Shown here: positions 26,699 to 39,689 of the stretch, in pieces
How the letters are laid out: each line of letters opens with the position of its first letter
Numbering within the stretch: the stretch's first letter is position 1
NCBI GenBank assembly: GCA_013239625.1
Contig: MU056050.1
Location: 1,164,084 to 1,228,083, forward strand
DNA length: 64,000 nt
Reading direction: 5' to 3'
DNA from: Lama guanicoe
Lineage: Eukaryota
Notes under the pieces: model-generated
The model's input: the letters and a program-made list of their open reading frames with translations, nothing else
The model's database searches: none
What the model was told of the DNA's origin: nothing
Made by a program: the position numbers and the translations under genes

Positions 26699-27589
26699 TT
26701 AGACTAGACTTGTCATTATTTCTTTTAGCATGGGTTTAGTGTTGCTAAACTCTTTTAGTTTTTCCTTGTCTGTGAAGTTCTTTATCTCTCCTTCTATTCT
26801 AAAGGATAGCCTTGCTGGGTAGAGTATCCTAGGCTGCATCTTCTTTTCATGCAGGACTTTGAATATATCTTGTCACTCCTTTCTGGTCTGTAGTGTTTGT
26901 GTAGAGAAATCAGCTGAGAGCCTTATGGGGGTTCCCTTGTAACTCACTCTTTGTTTTTCTCTTGCTGCCTTTAGGATCATTTCTTTATCCTTGACTCTGG
27001 CCATCTTGATACTTGGTGTGGGTCTGTTTGGGTTCTTCCTGTTTGGGACACTCTGAGAGCCTCCTACACTTGGATATCTGATTCCTTTAGGTTTGGGAAG
27101 TTTTCAGTCATGATTTTTTCCAATACCTTTTCAATCCCCTTGGTTCTTTCTTCGCCTTCAGGAACCCCTATTATGTGTAGATTGGCATGCTTTATATTAT
27201 CCCATAGGCCCCTTATATTGTTTTCATTGTTTTTTTTGTTTTTCTCTGAGCTGTTCTGATTGGGTGCTTTCTGTTGTCCTATCTTCTAGGTCACTTATTT
27301 GTTCCTCTGCATTATGTAGCCTGCTTTGTACAGCCTTTAGGTCAGCTCTCATCTCAGCAAATGAGTTGACTAATTCTACTTGGTTCTTCTTTATAGCTTC
27401 TATTTCACTTTTGACCTATTTTATATCTCTAAACACTATTTCTTTTAGTTCCTTCAGTACTTTGGTCAGTCCTTTTTTGAAATCTTGATCTAGTAGGCCA
27501 TCAACGTCTATTATGTTCATCGTGCTTTCAGGGGATTTCTCTTGATCTTTTAATTGGAAGTGGTTCCTCTGCTTCTTCATATTGCTCAT
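26699..27589 (-). pseudogene. ORF1: LINE-1 ORF1p (coiled-coil, RRM, CTD), disrupted
   Basis: Hand translation gives MSNMKKQRNHFQLKDQEKSPE...FRDIK*VKSEIEAIKKNQ...AEEQISDLEDR, a frameshift in the A tract at ~27230, then LWDNIKHANLHIIGVPEGEE...ENFPNL...KPMLKEIMTSLV*. Confidence 0.88.
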
Positions 27590-28921
27590 ATCTCTCTGGC
27601 ACTGTGGCTTAAGGAGTATCAGTTACCTATTTCTCCTGGAGACTGTGTGCTCTTAATTATTTTTTTGAGAGGTCTTTGTGTCTTCGCCCTGTTTCTCAAA
27701 CTCAGCTTGCTGTTTCCAGAGGCCCTCTGTTGGTGCCCCTTGTCTGTGCTGCTCTCAGTGGCTGTCGGCTAGCAGCTCATGACCCCTCCCAACACTGGGT
27801 CAGGTGCTGAGCCTTTACCTGGTGGGCAGGCGGGTCACTTCCCCTCCAAATGCCGCAGTCAGATGCTGTGCTCAGGTAAGGCAAGTAGGGGTAAGGCGCC
27901 CCCTCCCAGCACCGTGATCAGGTGCCGCATTCCTGCCAGGAAGGTGGGTGGCCGCCTGCCCTCTCCTGGCACCAGTTGCTCTGCTGCTCTGTGAGCTGCG
28001 TGCTCCGTCTCAGGTTGGTACTCCGAAGGCGGGCTCAGGGAAGACCGGGGAACAGCCCTGCCCCTGCCCTGTGCCAAATCTCAGCTCCTTGTTTGTCTTG
28101 GCAGCGTGAGTTCTCTGATGTGCTAGGGCAGAAATTTCCTATCTGCCTCGGGCTGTAAACAAGTCTCAGTCCTGTCTAGGAGGTTGCAGAGCCCCTGGGT
28201 ATAGATTCAGGTCTTGGCCCTGCCTCTGCTGTGGAGCTACCCATAGGAGGAGATGGCGGCTGTGGCTGCACCCCGCCTCTCTTCTCGCCAGAAGCGCCAG
28301 TAATGGCGCCGCGGGTCTGAGGAGACAAAGGCTATGGCATCCCTCCCCCCAGGGCACACCATCAGTGTTGCTTTGCTTTTTTCGCAATTTATGGGGGACC
28401 TAGGTGGTTCTGCTCAGTATCCCCTCCCAGCCAGGGTGCGCAGCCCCCTGTAGTCCCCCAGGGCTGCCTCAGTGCAGCTGCTCCAGTCTGCCTGGCTCAG
28501 GCAGCCTGTCCTGGCCCTCGGCTGCCGGCCTGCGTCTCAGGCTGGGTGTTGGGGGGACCCTTTGTGCCCTTTTAACTCAGTCTGTCAGTCAAGAGGTGCT
28601 CAGGGCAGATCTGAGCCTTGGAGGCTCCCCCTCCTTCCTGCTGGCCTCTCTGTTGGAGGGGGGAGACCCAGTGAACGAGCGCCAGTCTTCCTTTGCCGCT
28701 CCCTCCCCGCGGGATCGGTCCCACACTTTTCTGCTTTTTCTTCTTTCTTCTTTCCTTTTCTCCTACGAGATTTTTGGGATCTTTGTCTTTCGAAGTGGAC
28801 GATGTTCTAGGGGAGTTTGGCAGGTGCTCTGGTTGGCTGAGTAGGTCCCTAGTTGTGAGTTTTGGTGTATTTGTGGGAGAGAGTGAGCTACAAGTGTCCT
28901 TCGCCATCTTGCTTCTCCTCC
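27590..28921 (-). promoter_or_regulatory. L1 5'UTR internal promoter (GC/CpG-rich) with YY1-type motif
   Basis: The only extended GC- and CpG-rich block in the window. CAAGATGGCG on the minus strand at 28911-28902. Confidence 0.75.
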
Positions 28922-28983
28922 TGGAATACATATTTGTGAAGGACAGATCTGATAAAGAACTTGTATCAAAAATATGCAAAGAA

Positions 28984-29089
28984 TTATTTTTAAAAATTTG
29001 TCTTATAAACAAAAATTTATCAAAATTCTGGAGCCTGGAAGTCGAAGATCAGGGTGCCAGCATGGTTAAGTGACAGCATTCTTCCAGGT
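28984..29089 (-). mobile_element. Short MLT1A-like LTR fragment with A-rich tail, flanked by a 9-bp duplication
   Basis: ttataaacaaaaatttatc...ttctggagcctggaagtcgaagatcagggtgccagca. TGCAAAGAA at 28975-28983 and 29090-29098. Confidence 0.7.
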
Positions 29090-30870
29090 TGCAAAGAACT
29101 CTTAAAACTCAGCAATAAGAAGGCACCCCAATTAAAGATAGACCAAAAGCCTTAAAAGACAGCACACCAAAGAAGGTATACAGATGGCAAATAAGCATGT
29201 AAATAAATGCTCCACATAATAGTTCATCAGGGAATTGTAAATTAAACAACAGTGAGATACCACTACATACTTACTAGAGTGGCCAAAATCCAGAACACAA
29301 AGAGTACCAATTGCTGGTGACGATATGAAACAACATGAACTCTCCCACATTGCTGTTGGAGATGCAAAACGGTATAGCCATTTTGGGAGATGGCTAGAAA
29401 TTTTCTTAAAAACTCCTTATACTTTTCCCATGTGATCCCGAAATCACACTCCTTGCTATATACCCAAATGAATTGGAAAAGTTATATCCACATAAAATCC
29501 TGCATTTGAATATTTATACAGTGTTTTTCATAATTGCCGAAACTGTACAATTCTAAGTATAAGACATTCTTTAAAAGGCAAAACTATGGAAACGGTTAAA
29601 AGATCAGTGGTTTCCAGGAGTTGGAAATCATATAGGATGGGGATGGATGAATATGTGGAACATAGAGGATCTTTTAGGGCAGTGAGAATGCCATAATTAT
29701 GCAAATATGTCATGTACATGTGTCCAGACCCACAGAATTACAACACGAAGAGTGAATCATAATATAAACTATGGACATTGGGTGATTATGATGTGTCAAT
29801 ATAGGTTCATAAGTTATAGCAGATATACCAGTCTAGTGGGGAATGTTGATAATGGAGAGGTGATATGTAGGGGGGAGGAGGTATATGGGAAATCTCTACC
29901 TTTTTGTCAAATTTTGTAAAGTAAAACTGCTGTAAAAAGTAGTCTTTAAATAAAAAAAAATTTACTGGGGAACTTGTCTGTAAAAAAATAAGTATTTAAA
30001 TAGTATTTGTAAAAATTCCCATGAGCATAAGATTCTAAGTTCTTAATTTTTGATTTATTATAATTATTAACAATTGTTCAAAGAACATAAGTATATTACG
30101 TACTTAGTAAATAATTATTAAACATATGAAGTGAATTTTTATTGAAAATGCATCTATTAATGAGATGATAGCGATTTTTCTTTTGATCAGCTAGTGTGCC
30201 TATGGATTTATAATTATGGATAGAAAGGGAGTCACTGGAAATTTACAGCAACATAAGGAGAGATAAGGATGCAGCTTGTACATGTAGGTGTGCAGCTTAC
30301 AAGAAATTTAATGTTAATTGTTATTGTTTTTAATTTATAGAGAATTCACAATAAAAGTTTTAAAATCTAATTAAGTACATAAGAATGAATAAGTGAATAG
30401 AATATTCACTGAAGAGAAATAGCAAACAGAAGAGTCTTTCCAAAGTTTAAAAAATGGATACAGTATTCAGTAAACTTCAACAAATTGAGATTGTTTCTCT
30501 TCAATATTAAATAAGTGTTTAAAATATAAAAAGCTACATTCTTGGGGATATATTCCTTTTGCTAAAGGTATAACCTTGTTCTGTCAAGAGTACATGTGGT
30601 AAATGTGGAACTTCTTCCTCCTTGAAATAATGCAAGATTTAGACACAATCTGTTATGGGAGAAATCACTAGGCTCTTATTAATAAAAACAATGAAAATGT
30701 AGGAAGATCATAATTTATAGCTGATTGATATTTCCTGTGATGCCTTTATAAGTGTTAAATATTTTAATTATTAAAATAGGTAGTTAACATAGCTTTGCAT
30801 TTGTTTGTTACCTGGATATTAAAGGGAACTGCCTCCTGTAATAATTCTTATTGTCTGTTTCCTTTTCTAG

Positions 30871-30924
30871 GAGTCTCCTTTAGAAGCAGTAGAGTATTGG
30901 AAAATACTTCGAGGACTGAGGAGG
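30871..30924 (+). other. Candidate 54-nt internal exon of an unidentified host gene (coding or 5'UTR)
   Basis: Acceptor ttattgtctgtttccttttctAG and donor AGG|GTAAGT, within non-repetitive DNA. Two frames are open (ESPLEAVEYWKILRGLRR; VSFRSSRVLENTSRTEE). Confidence 0.6.
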
Positions 30925-32564
30925 GTAAGTCATTATATACAAGTTATTATTCCCACTGTCTCACTCTTTAATATATTTCATTTTCATTCCACATGGGTCA
31001 ACATTCCCCATTTCTTTCTATCCAGTGATACTAACACAAATATGTATAAAACCTGTTGTAGATTATAGGGTCTTGATTAAAGGAGGCTTTAAAAGCAACA
31101 TTGTTACTTTGTCAGCCTAGAGATCTTTACATCTGGCATAGTATACTAAGATTTGTGATAATTAAGAAATATGCCTTTCTTTATATAAAGTGTGTGAAGG
31201 ATAACTATGTGCATATTCTCACGTCCTTCATTTTTAGGGGAAAGACCATATGGCAATTTAGTACCTAGAAATTGAGTATTGTAAAGAATCTTTCATTTCA
31301 TGTGCTTTGGAAAATATCAGCGTGTCACCAGGCTTATTTGTTCTCCAGTTTGAAGACCACTAATTTAGTGATATGAATTCACTATAAGACTGCATCACGC
31401 ATCAACACATGAGTCAAATATCTCAATCAAAACATTGAAAAATAGTTTTTGATTTGAGGTATACTTTTGGCTGATAAGGGAAAGACTCACTCAGATTAGT
31501 TGTATCGTTTCATATAAACCAACCTGCAAACTGACCAACAAACTTACTTTTCTACTAGTAGATGAACTGGCTTAATAGTTCAGTGCATTTATTTATGTAC
31601 CCATTTGTCCATAATAAAAATGAAGACATAAAGAACTATATTTGGTGCCGTGGAGTTTATGTGGGGGAGAGTTGGCATTGTTTAATCATTCCTTTGTTGT
31701 TGAATACAGTTTAACTCTATGGGCAAATGGATTTAAATATGTATGTTGATTACTTTTATTTCATTCATCTTATAGTGTCATTCAAAAACATTTAAGTGAA
31801 ATCTTTTCCATTTCTTGTTTTCTATAATAATCTTTACACATTTTCTTATATTCTAAACTGAAAGAACCAGATTTTCTGATCATCTTAAAGCATGTGAACT
31901 TGGAATAATGACTTGAAGGGAAGAACCAAGTTATGCATAATGAATGTTTTGGATAACATTTGAATTTCCTTAGGGTTTTTATTGAAGAAATGCAGAGTTC
32001 TAAATGTCACCCTCTTCTTCAGGCTGTGGAGCCTCTGAACATTCTTAGTTATTTCTGAAAATTAGCAAAGTGCCATTACCTTGAATTTCTCATGACCTTG
32101 ATCATGATGGAAGTTTATGATTTAAGTTATTCAATGGAGTCCTCATTTATTTAGCCTTTCATTAAATCCTGTCATGGAACATGATGAGATTCAGCCTCTG
32201 CAGAGGGATGGTTTCCTTTTGTTTCTCTTCCTAAGTTTATAGACAAGTGTTTTACAATTTTGTTTTTCACTAACAAATAGGATAATATTGTGTAGGAAGA
32301 AAGTAGCTGAAGCTAATGAAGTAGTTAAAATATAGAATAATTCTTATGTTTGGTGTAATAGATGGAATATAGTGACTCAAAGGAATATTCTTCCTCACTT
32401 TCCAGGATTTTCAATATGCTACTTACCTACAAATCACTTTCTTTTTAACTAGATACTTAGTATAGTTAAATATCACCACAGCCCATATCATCATACTTAG
32501 AAATTCCTTAATAGTGCCTCTGAATTAATGAGATCTATTGTTTATTTATTTGCATATGCCATAA

Positions 32565-33105
32565 TTTTCAGCTTTACTGAGATATAATGAACAAGTAAAA
32601 TTGTAAAGTATTGAAGGTATACTTCATGATGATTTGGTGTACATAAGCATTGTGAAAGAATTCCTCCCGTCTACTTAATTAACACATCCATCAACTCACG
32701 TATTTTTTGTATATGTGAGAACATTTAAATTCTACTCTCTTAGCAAATTTCAATTATACAGTACAGTGTTTTCAAGTATAATCTCTATGTTGTATCTTAG
32801 ATCCTCACATCATATTCATTTTGTAGCTGAAAGATTATACCACTTTACCAGCCTCTCCATTTTTTCCTCACCCCTGAGACACTGGCAACCACTTTTGTAA
32901 TCATTTTTATGAGTGATTTTTTTAAAGGTTCTACATGTAAGTGATATTATGCAGTGTTTGTCATTCTCTGTGTGGCTTATTTCACATAGCATAATGTGCT
33001 CAGTTGCCATTCATGGTTTCTCAAGCTGCAGAATTTCCTTCTTTTTTGTGGCTGAATAAGATTCCAGAGTGTGTGTGTGTGCGCGTGTTTATCATATCTT
33101 TATTT
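32565..33105 (-). mobile_element. L1MA-type 3' end
   Basis: gtgagaacatttaaattctactctcttagcaaatttcaattataca...ttatttcacatagcataatg. Confidence 0.85.
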
Positions 33106-33109
33106 CATT

Positions 33110-36100
33110 TTTCCTTCAAGTTTTACTAAGATGTAACTGACATACAGCCTGTATAAGTTTAAGATGTACAGCGTAGTGATTTGACTTACATACATCATGA
33201 AATTTTTAGCACAGTAAGTTTAGTGAACATACGTCATCTCATATAGATACAAGATAAAAAGACAAAAATATTTCTTCATTGTGATGAGAACTCTTAGGAT
33301 TTACTCTCTCAACAACTTTCATATATAACATGTAGCAGTCTTCATTATATTAGTCATGTTGTACATTACATCCCTAATACTTAGTTATCTTATAACTGGA
33401 AGTTTGTACCTTTGACCACCTTCATCTAACCCCCCTGCACCCTGCCTCTGGTCAGCACAAATCTGATGTTTTTCTATGAGTTTTTTTGTTGAAGTATAAT
33501 TAACCTACTATGTTATTTAGTTCCTTGTGCACAACATATTGATTTAATATTTCTATACATTACAAAATGATCACTATGATAAAACTAGTTACTGTTTTTC
33601 ACCATATAGAAAATTACATTATTGTTTTTATTCCCCATCCTCTATATTTCATCTCTCTGACTTATTTCTCTGTAACTGGAAATTTCTACCTTTTAATTTC
33701 CCTCACTTATTTTACTAACCTCCCTACCCCTTCCCTCGGACATCCACCTGCTTATTTTCTGTATCTGTGACTCTATTTCTGTTTTTTTATATTTACTGAT
33801 TTGTTTTCCTTTCTAGATTCTGCTTATAAGTGAAATCATATAGTATTTCTCTTTCTCTGACTTATTTAACTTAGCATAATAAACTCTAGGTCCATCCATA
33901 TTGCAGCAAAAGTTAGATTTTGTAATTTTTTATGGCTGCGTAATATTGCATTGTATATTTATACCAAATCTTTATCCATTCATCTGTCTTTTCATCTGTG
34001 GACACTTAGGGCTGCTTTCACTTCTTGGGTATTACAAATAGGGCTGCAGTGAACGTAGCAGTACACATGTCTTTTTGCATTAGTGTTTTAGTTTTCTTTG
34101 GAGAAATACCCAGAAATGGAATTGCTGGATGATATGGTTGTTCTATTTACAGTCTTTAAGGAACCCCCATACTCTTTTACTAAGTGGCTGAATCAATTTA
34201 CATCCCCACCAGCAGTGTGTGAGGGTTTCCTTTTCTCATTATCTTTGCCAACACGTTTTTCACATATTTTTGATAATAGCCGTTCTGAAAGATGTAAAGT
34301 GGTATCTCGTTGTGGTTTTCACTTACATTACCCTGATGATTAGTGTTGTTGAGCACATTTTTATGTGCTTCTTAGCTATCAGTATGTCTTCTTTGGAAAA
34401 ATGTCTGTTTAGATCATCTGACCATATTTCTAACCTGTCTTCTTTTTAATGTTGAGTTGTGGGAGTTCTTTGTATGTTTTGAATATTAACCCTTTATCAA
34501 ATATAGCATTTGCAAATATGTTCTACCATTCAGTACTCAGCCTTTTCATTTTCTTGATAGTTTATTTCACTGTGTAAAAGCTTTTTAGTTTGATGTAGCC
34601 CCTCACATTTGTTCCTATTTGTTTTTGTTTGCCTAGCCTGAGGAGACAGATTCAAAAAAATACTGCTAAGGCCAATGTCAAAGAGTGTATGCCTATGTTT
34701 TTCTAGGAATCTTATGGTTTCAGGTCTTATATTGGAGTCTTCAATCTATTTTGAGATCATTTTTATATATGGTGTTAGAGAGTAGTGCAGTTTGATTCAT
34801 TTGCATGTAGCTGCCCAGTCTTCACAACCCAACACCATTTATTGAAGAGTCTGTCTTTTCCCCATTGCATATTCTTGAGCCTTTTGTCATAAATTGACCA
34901 TGTAATTGTGAGTTTATTTCTGAGCTCTGTATTCTGTTCCAATGATCTATGTGTCTGTTTTTGTGACAGTATCATACTGTCTTGATAACTGTAGTCTTGT
35001 AGTGTAGTATGAAATCAGAGACCATGATACCTCCAGCTTTGTTTGTCCTTCTCAAGATTGTTTTGGCTATTTGAGGTCTTTTGTGTTTCCATATAAATTT
35101 TAGAATTACTTGTTCTAGTTCTTTAAAAAAAAATAAACTAGTGTTTTGATAGAGATTGCACTGAATCTGTAGATTGTCTTGGTTTGTGTGGTCATTTTAG
35201 CAATATTAATTCTTCCAATCCAATCCGTGTTACATCTTTCCATTTGTTTCTGTCATCTTCTGTTTCTATCATGAGTGTCTTACAGTTTTCCTGGTATAGC
35301 TCTTTTACCTCCTTAGTTAGATTTATTGCTGGATATTTTATTTTTGATGTGATTGTAAATAGTATTGTTTTCTTAATTTCTCTTTCAGACAGTTCTTTGT
35401 TAGTATATAGAACCACAATAGATTTCTGTATATTAATTTTGTATTCTGTAAATTTCCTGAATTCATTGGTGAGTTCTACTTATGTATTTGGTAGCATCTT
35501 TAGAATTTTCTACATACAGTATCATGTTGTCTGCAAACATTGACCATTTTACTTCTTCCTTCCCAATTTGGATGTCTTCTATTTATTTTTCTTATCTAAG
35601 TGTTGTGGCTAGGGCTTCCAATACTATGTTGAATACAAGTGGGGAGAGTGGGCCTTGTCTTGTTCCTGATTTTAGAAATTGTTTCAGCTTTTCACCATTG
35701 ACTATGATGTTGGCTGTAGGTTTGTCATATATAGCCTTTATTATGTTGAGATAGTTTTCCTCTTTACCTAGTTTGCTGAGGGTTTTTGTCGTAAATGGAT
35801 GTTGAATTTTGTTAAAATCTTTTTTTTTGTATCTATTGAGATTATCATACGATTTTTATTCCTCAGTTTGTTAACTTGGTATACAACATTGATTTCTTGA
35901 TATTGAACTATCCTTGCATCCCTGAGACAAATCCTACTTTATCATGGTGTTCAATTGCTTAAATGTATTATTGGATGTATCAGTGTGATGCTGGCTTCAT
36001 AGAATGAGTTTGAAAGTCTTCCTTTCATTACAGTCTATTGGAATAGTTTGAGAATGCATTAGATTTTTGTTTTTTTTTTAAGATGTTTGATAGAAGTTAC

Positions 36101-37730
36101 CTGAGAATTTACCTGGTTCTGGACTTTCATTTGTTTGGAGTTATTCTTATTACTGTTTGAGTTTTATTTCTGGTAACTAGTCTATTCATATTTTCTATTT
36201 CTTCCTGGCTCATTGTTGGGAGATTGCACATTTATAGGAATTTGTCCATTTCTCTAGGTTGTTCATTTTATTGGCATTAATTTTTCATAGTAATCTTTCA
36301 AGAATTTTTGAATTTATGTGATATTGGTTGTAACTTCTAATTTTTCATTTCTAATTCATTTATTTGGGTCCTTGCTTTTTCTTGATGAATATGGCTAAAG
36401 ATTTATTAATTTTGTGTTTATCTTTTCAAAGAACCAGCTCTTACTTTCATCATCTTTTCTATTTCTTTTAGTCTCTTATTTATTTACACTCTGATCTTTA
36501 TTATATCTCTCTTTCTACTAACTTTGGGTTTTGATTGTTTTTCTTTTTCTAGTTCCTTTAGGTGTAAGGTTAGGTTGTTTCAGATCTTCCTCACCTCCTG
36601 ATGTAGTCCTATATCACTATAAAGTTCTATCTTAGGACTGCTTTAGCTGCTTCCAGTATATTTTTGCATCCTTGTGTTTCCCACTTAATTTGTCTCTGGG
36701 TGGTTTTTGATTTGCTGTTTGATTTCTTCAATGATTCATTGATTGTTTAGTAGCATATTGCTTGGCCTTTATGTGTTTATGGGCTGTTTTTTGGGGGTTT
36801 TTTTGGTTTTTTTTTTTACTTATTTTCCTTTAGTTGATTTCTTGTCTCATAGTGGTCTGCTCAGATAGAGTGCTTGGTACAATTTTAATCTTATATTTGT
36901 TGAGGCTTTTTTTGTGACTTAGCATGTCATCTGTCCTGGAGAATGTTTCATGTGCATTTGAAAAGAATGTGTATTCTGCTGCTTTTGAATGGAATGTTTT
37001 ATATGTATCTGTTAAGCCCATCTATCTAATGTGTTGTTGAAGGTCAGTGTTGTCTTACTAATTTTCTTTCTGTATGACCTGTCTATTGATGTGGGACATT
37101 AAAGTCACCTACTATTATTGTGTTAATGTCAGGTTATTTCTTTGCTTGTTAATATTTATTCTATGTAATTGAACTCTTTATCATTATGTAATGACCTTCT
37201 TTTTCTCATTTTATAGTCTTTGTTTTAATGTCTGTTTTGTCTTATGTAAGTATTGGTACCCCAGCTTTATTCTTGTTTCCATTTGCATGAAGTACTTTTT
37301 TCTATTCCCTCAGTTTCAGTCTTTGTATTTAGATCTGAAGAGAGTGTCATGTAGGCAGCATATAGATGGGTCTTGTTTTTTTCAAAATCCATTTAACACT
37401 ATCTTTTGGAATATTTTGTGCATTTACATTTAAAACAATTATTGATAAGTGTGTACTTATTTCCATTTTGTTAATTGTTTTGAGATGTTTTTGTAATTTT
37501 TTTGTAGTTTTTATTCTTTTCTTCTTTAGCTGTCTTCCCTTGTGTGTTATATTTAATTTCCTTTCTTTTTTTGTGTGTGTATCTATTGTGGATTTTTGGT
37601 TCATGGTTACCATGAGGGTTATATATAATAATAAATCTTAAAATATATACATATATTATGTGTATATATCTGATTATTTTAAATTGATGATCCCTTAAGT
37701 TCAGAAGCATTCTAACAACCCTGCATTGCT
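33110..37730 (-). mobile_element. LINE-1 (~4.6 kb): inter-ORF region, degenerate near-complete ORF2 (EN-RT-C), 3'UTR
   Basis: ORF2 start MEISTHLSIIVLNVN (ATG at 37466), EN motif YTFFSNAHETFSRTD (36830-37021), and RT-flanking peptide at 35192-35416. Confidence 0.93.
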
Positions 37731-39154
37731 ATATTATTTTTCATTTTCCTTCTTGTTTCCCATAGGAATGATCTTTTACTTTCCTCCATCATGGATATCT
37801 ACTCTAGTATATTTAAATTAAGTGCTTCCAGACCAGCTTGCATATCATTATTTGTATATATGTATATCTTTAAAAGTATAAAGTGTTGTTTTATATGCAT
37901 GTTAATTTATGAAAACACTTGTGGTTTGATTATATAAATTCATTCTTTACACTTTTAACTTCTGCATAGCATTTCATAGTATTCCTTTTACATTTTCTAT
38001 AGGTATTTCCTAGTAATGAGCACTTATGTTCCTTCTAAGATATTGCTTCTAAACAACACTGTGATGAAGCTCCCTTGCATGTTACCCTATGAACATTCAC
38101 TTAAATTTCTTAAGGGTTCCTGGCTCGTATGACATACACACAGGTAATGTCATTAAATACATCCACAATGCTCTCCAAAATGCTTTTATTCAAGTAGATG
38201 AGTACAAGAGTTCCTGCATCTTCACCAGCTCTAATGTTATCTGACTTTCTAAATTTGTCAGTCTTACTGATGTGAAGTCATATCATGTAGCTATTTTAAT
38301 ATGCATTGTTCTGATTTCAAAAGATTAAGTATTAATATATTTGCCATTTTTTCTCATTCTGAAAGTTATCCGTTCATACCCCTTGACCATATTTTATTGG
38401 ATATTCTGTCTTTGTTTTATAGTTTTATAGGAATTACTTGTGTATTATTAATATAAATTCTTTTCTGATTTTTAGCTGTTTCATATGTCTTCTAGTCTGT
38501 CACCTACCTGTTAACTTTTGAATGATGTTAACTTTGCTTTCTTTGAGCTGAAATCCTTATTCCAGGAGGTGGTAATCAGATTACTTATTTTCCTATCACT
38601 GTGTGTACTTTTTAATCTTGTTTTAGAAGTCTTTACCCTGTGTCAAAGTCACAGAGGTACTCTTCTACAATTTTTTATTAACTTTATAGTTATTTATCTC
38701 ATGCAATCATTTCATCCATTTAGAGATTTTTTTCTTTTTTAACCTCATGGGGTAGAGATCAACCTTTACACTTCTTTATAGAGTAAACCAATTTTACCAA
38801 GCCAGTTAGTAAATAGTTTTTCTCACTGATTTGTTATACCACCTCTGTTCTATTGGTCCATCAGTTCCTAAAAAATTATTTTCGTAACATTGATTTTATT
38901 ATTTCTTAATATCTATGAGGGTAAAATTCCCACCTTTTTTAAGGTATTCTTTTTAAAGTATCCTTATTTGTAGGCTTTTCTTATTTCATGTAAATTTTAG
39001 ATCAGATCATCAGCTTTCTAGTAAAATATTTTTAGAATTTTATTAGAATTCCATTGTTTATATATTAACATGTGGAGAATCAAAATTTTTATATTACTGT
39101 GTCTTATGACCATGGGCAATCTCTCATTTTTTAAAAAAAACTGTCCTTAAAGTA

Positions 39155-39430
39155 TGGTCGTCCCTCAATATCCATGGAGGATTGGTTCCAGGAACCCTGC
39201 ACATATACCAAAATCTGCAGATATTCAAGTCTCTTGTGTAACATACATGGTATAGTTTTATCTTTGTATCTATAGTTTTACATCCACAGAATCAACCAAC
39301 CACAGATGGAAATTTCTGTCTGTGATTATGAAACCTGTCAATATAGGGGGCCAACTGTATATTTATTGAAAAAAATCTGTGTTTAAGTGGACCTGCAAAG
39401 TTCAAACGTGTATTGTTCAAGAGTTAACAG
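39155..39430. mobile_element. TcMar-Tigger MITE (MER2/MER8-like), copy 1
   Basis: TA flanks. tatccatggaggattggttccaggaaccc...taccaaaatctgcagat...gtggacctgcaaagttcaaac. Confidence 0.8.
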
Positions 39431-39436
39431 TAAATA

Positions 39437-39689
39437 CAGTTGTCGCTTGGTACGGGTGAGAGATTGGTTACAGTACCCACTGCATATACCAAAATCTACA
39501 GATGCTGAAGCCTTTCACATCCATGGATTCAACCAGCCTTGGACTGTAAACATAGTACACAGTCTGCTTCAGTTAAATCTGCAGATGAGAAACCCATGGA
39601 TACTGAGGGCTGACTGTATGTTTATTGAAAAAAATATGTGAGTTAGTGGGCCCATGCAATTCAAATGCATGTTGTTCAATGGTCAATTG
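39437..39689. mobile_element. TcMar-Tigger MITE (MER2/MER8-like), copy 2
   Basis: TA-CAGTTG start, the same internal motifs as copy 1, and a ggtcaattg-TA end. Confidence 0.8.

Larger units (their letters stand above)
25979..28921 (-). mobile_element. LINE-1 derivative with both ends intact but lacking nearly all of ORF2 (5'UTR-ORF1-3' end; half-L1-like)
   Basis: 5' end GGAGGAGAAGCAAGATGGCG at 28921, GC-rich 5'UTR, ORF1 at 27589-26699, and an abrupt junction at ~26556 to the last part of ORF2/3'UTR. T tract at 25978-25985. TSD GAATACAT at 25971-25978 and 28924-28931. Confidence 0.92.
25660..29960 (+). mobile_element. Old L1MC/MD-type element (ORF2 end and 3'UTR), split by the insertion at 25979-28921
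   Basis: caaatggtgctggaacaac...gaagccagagact (25660-25978) continues as atatttgtgaaggacagatctgataaaga (28930 onward) to an A-rich end near 29960. Confidence 0.85.

Noticed and set aside
27700..28920. CpG island as a host gene promoter
   Set aside because: Entirely contained within the TSD-flanked L1 derivative.
28404..29073. Longest track ORFs (146, 112, 146 and 126 aa) as standalone genes
   Set aside because: They overlap the GC-rich L1 5'UTR, some cross the insertion boundary, and they show no recognisable protein features.
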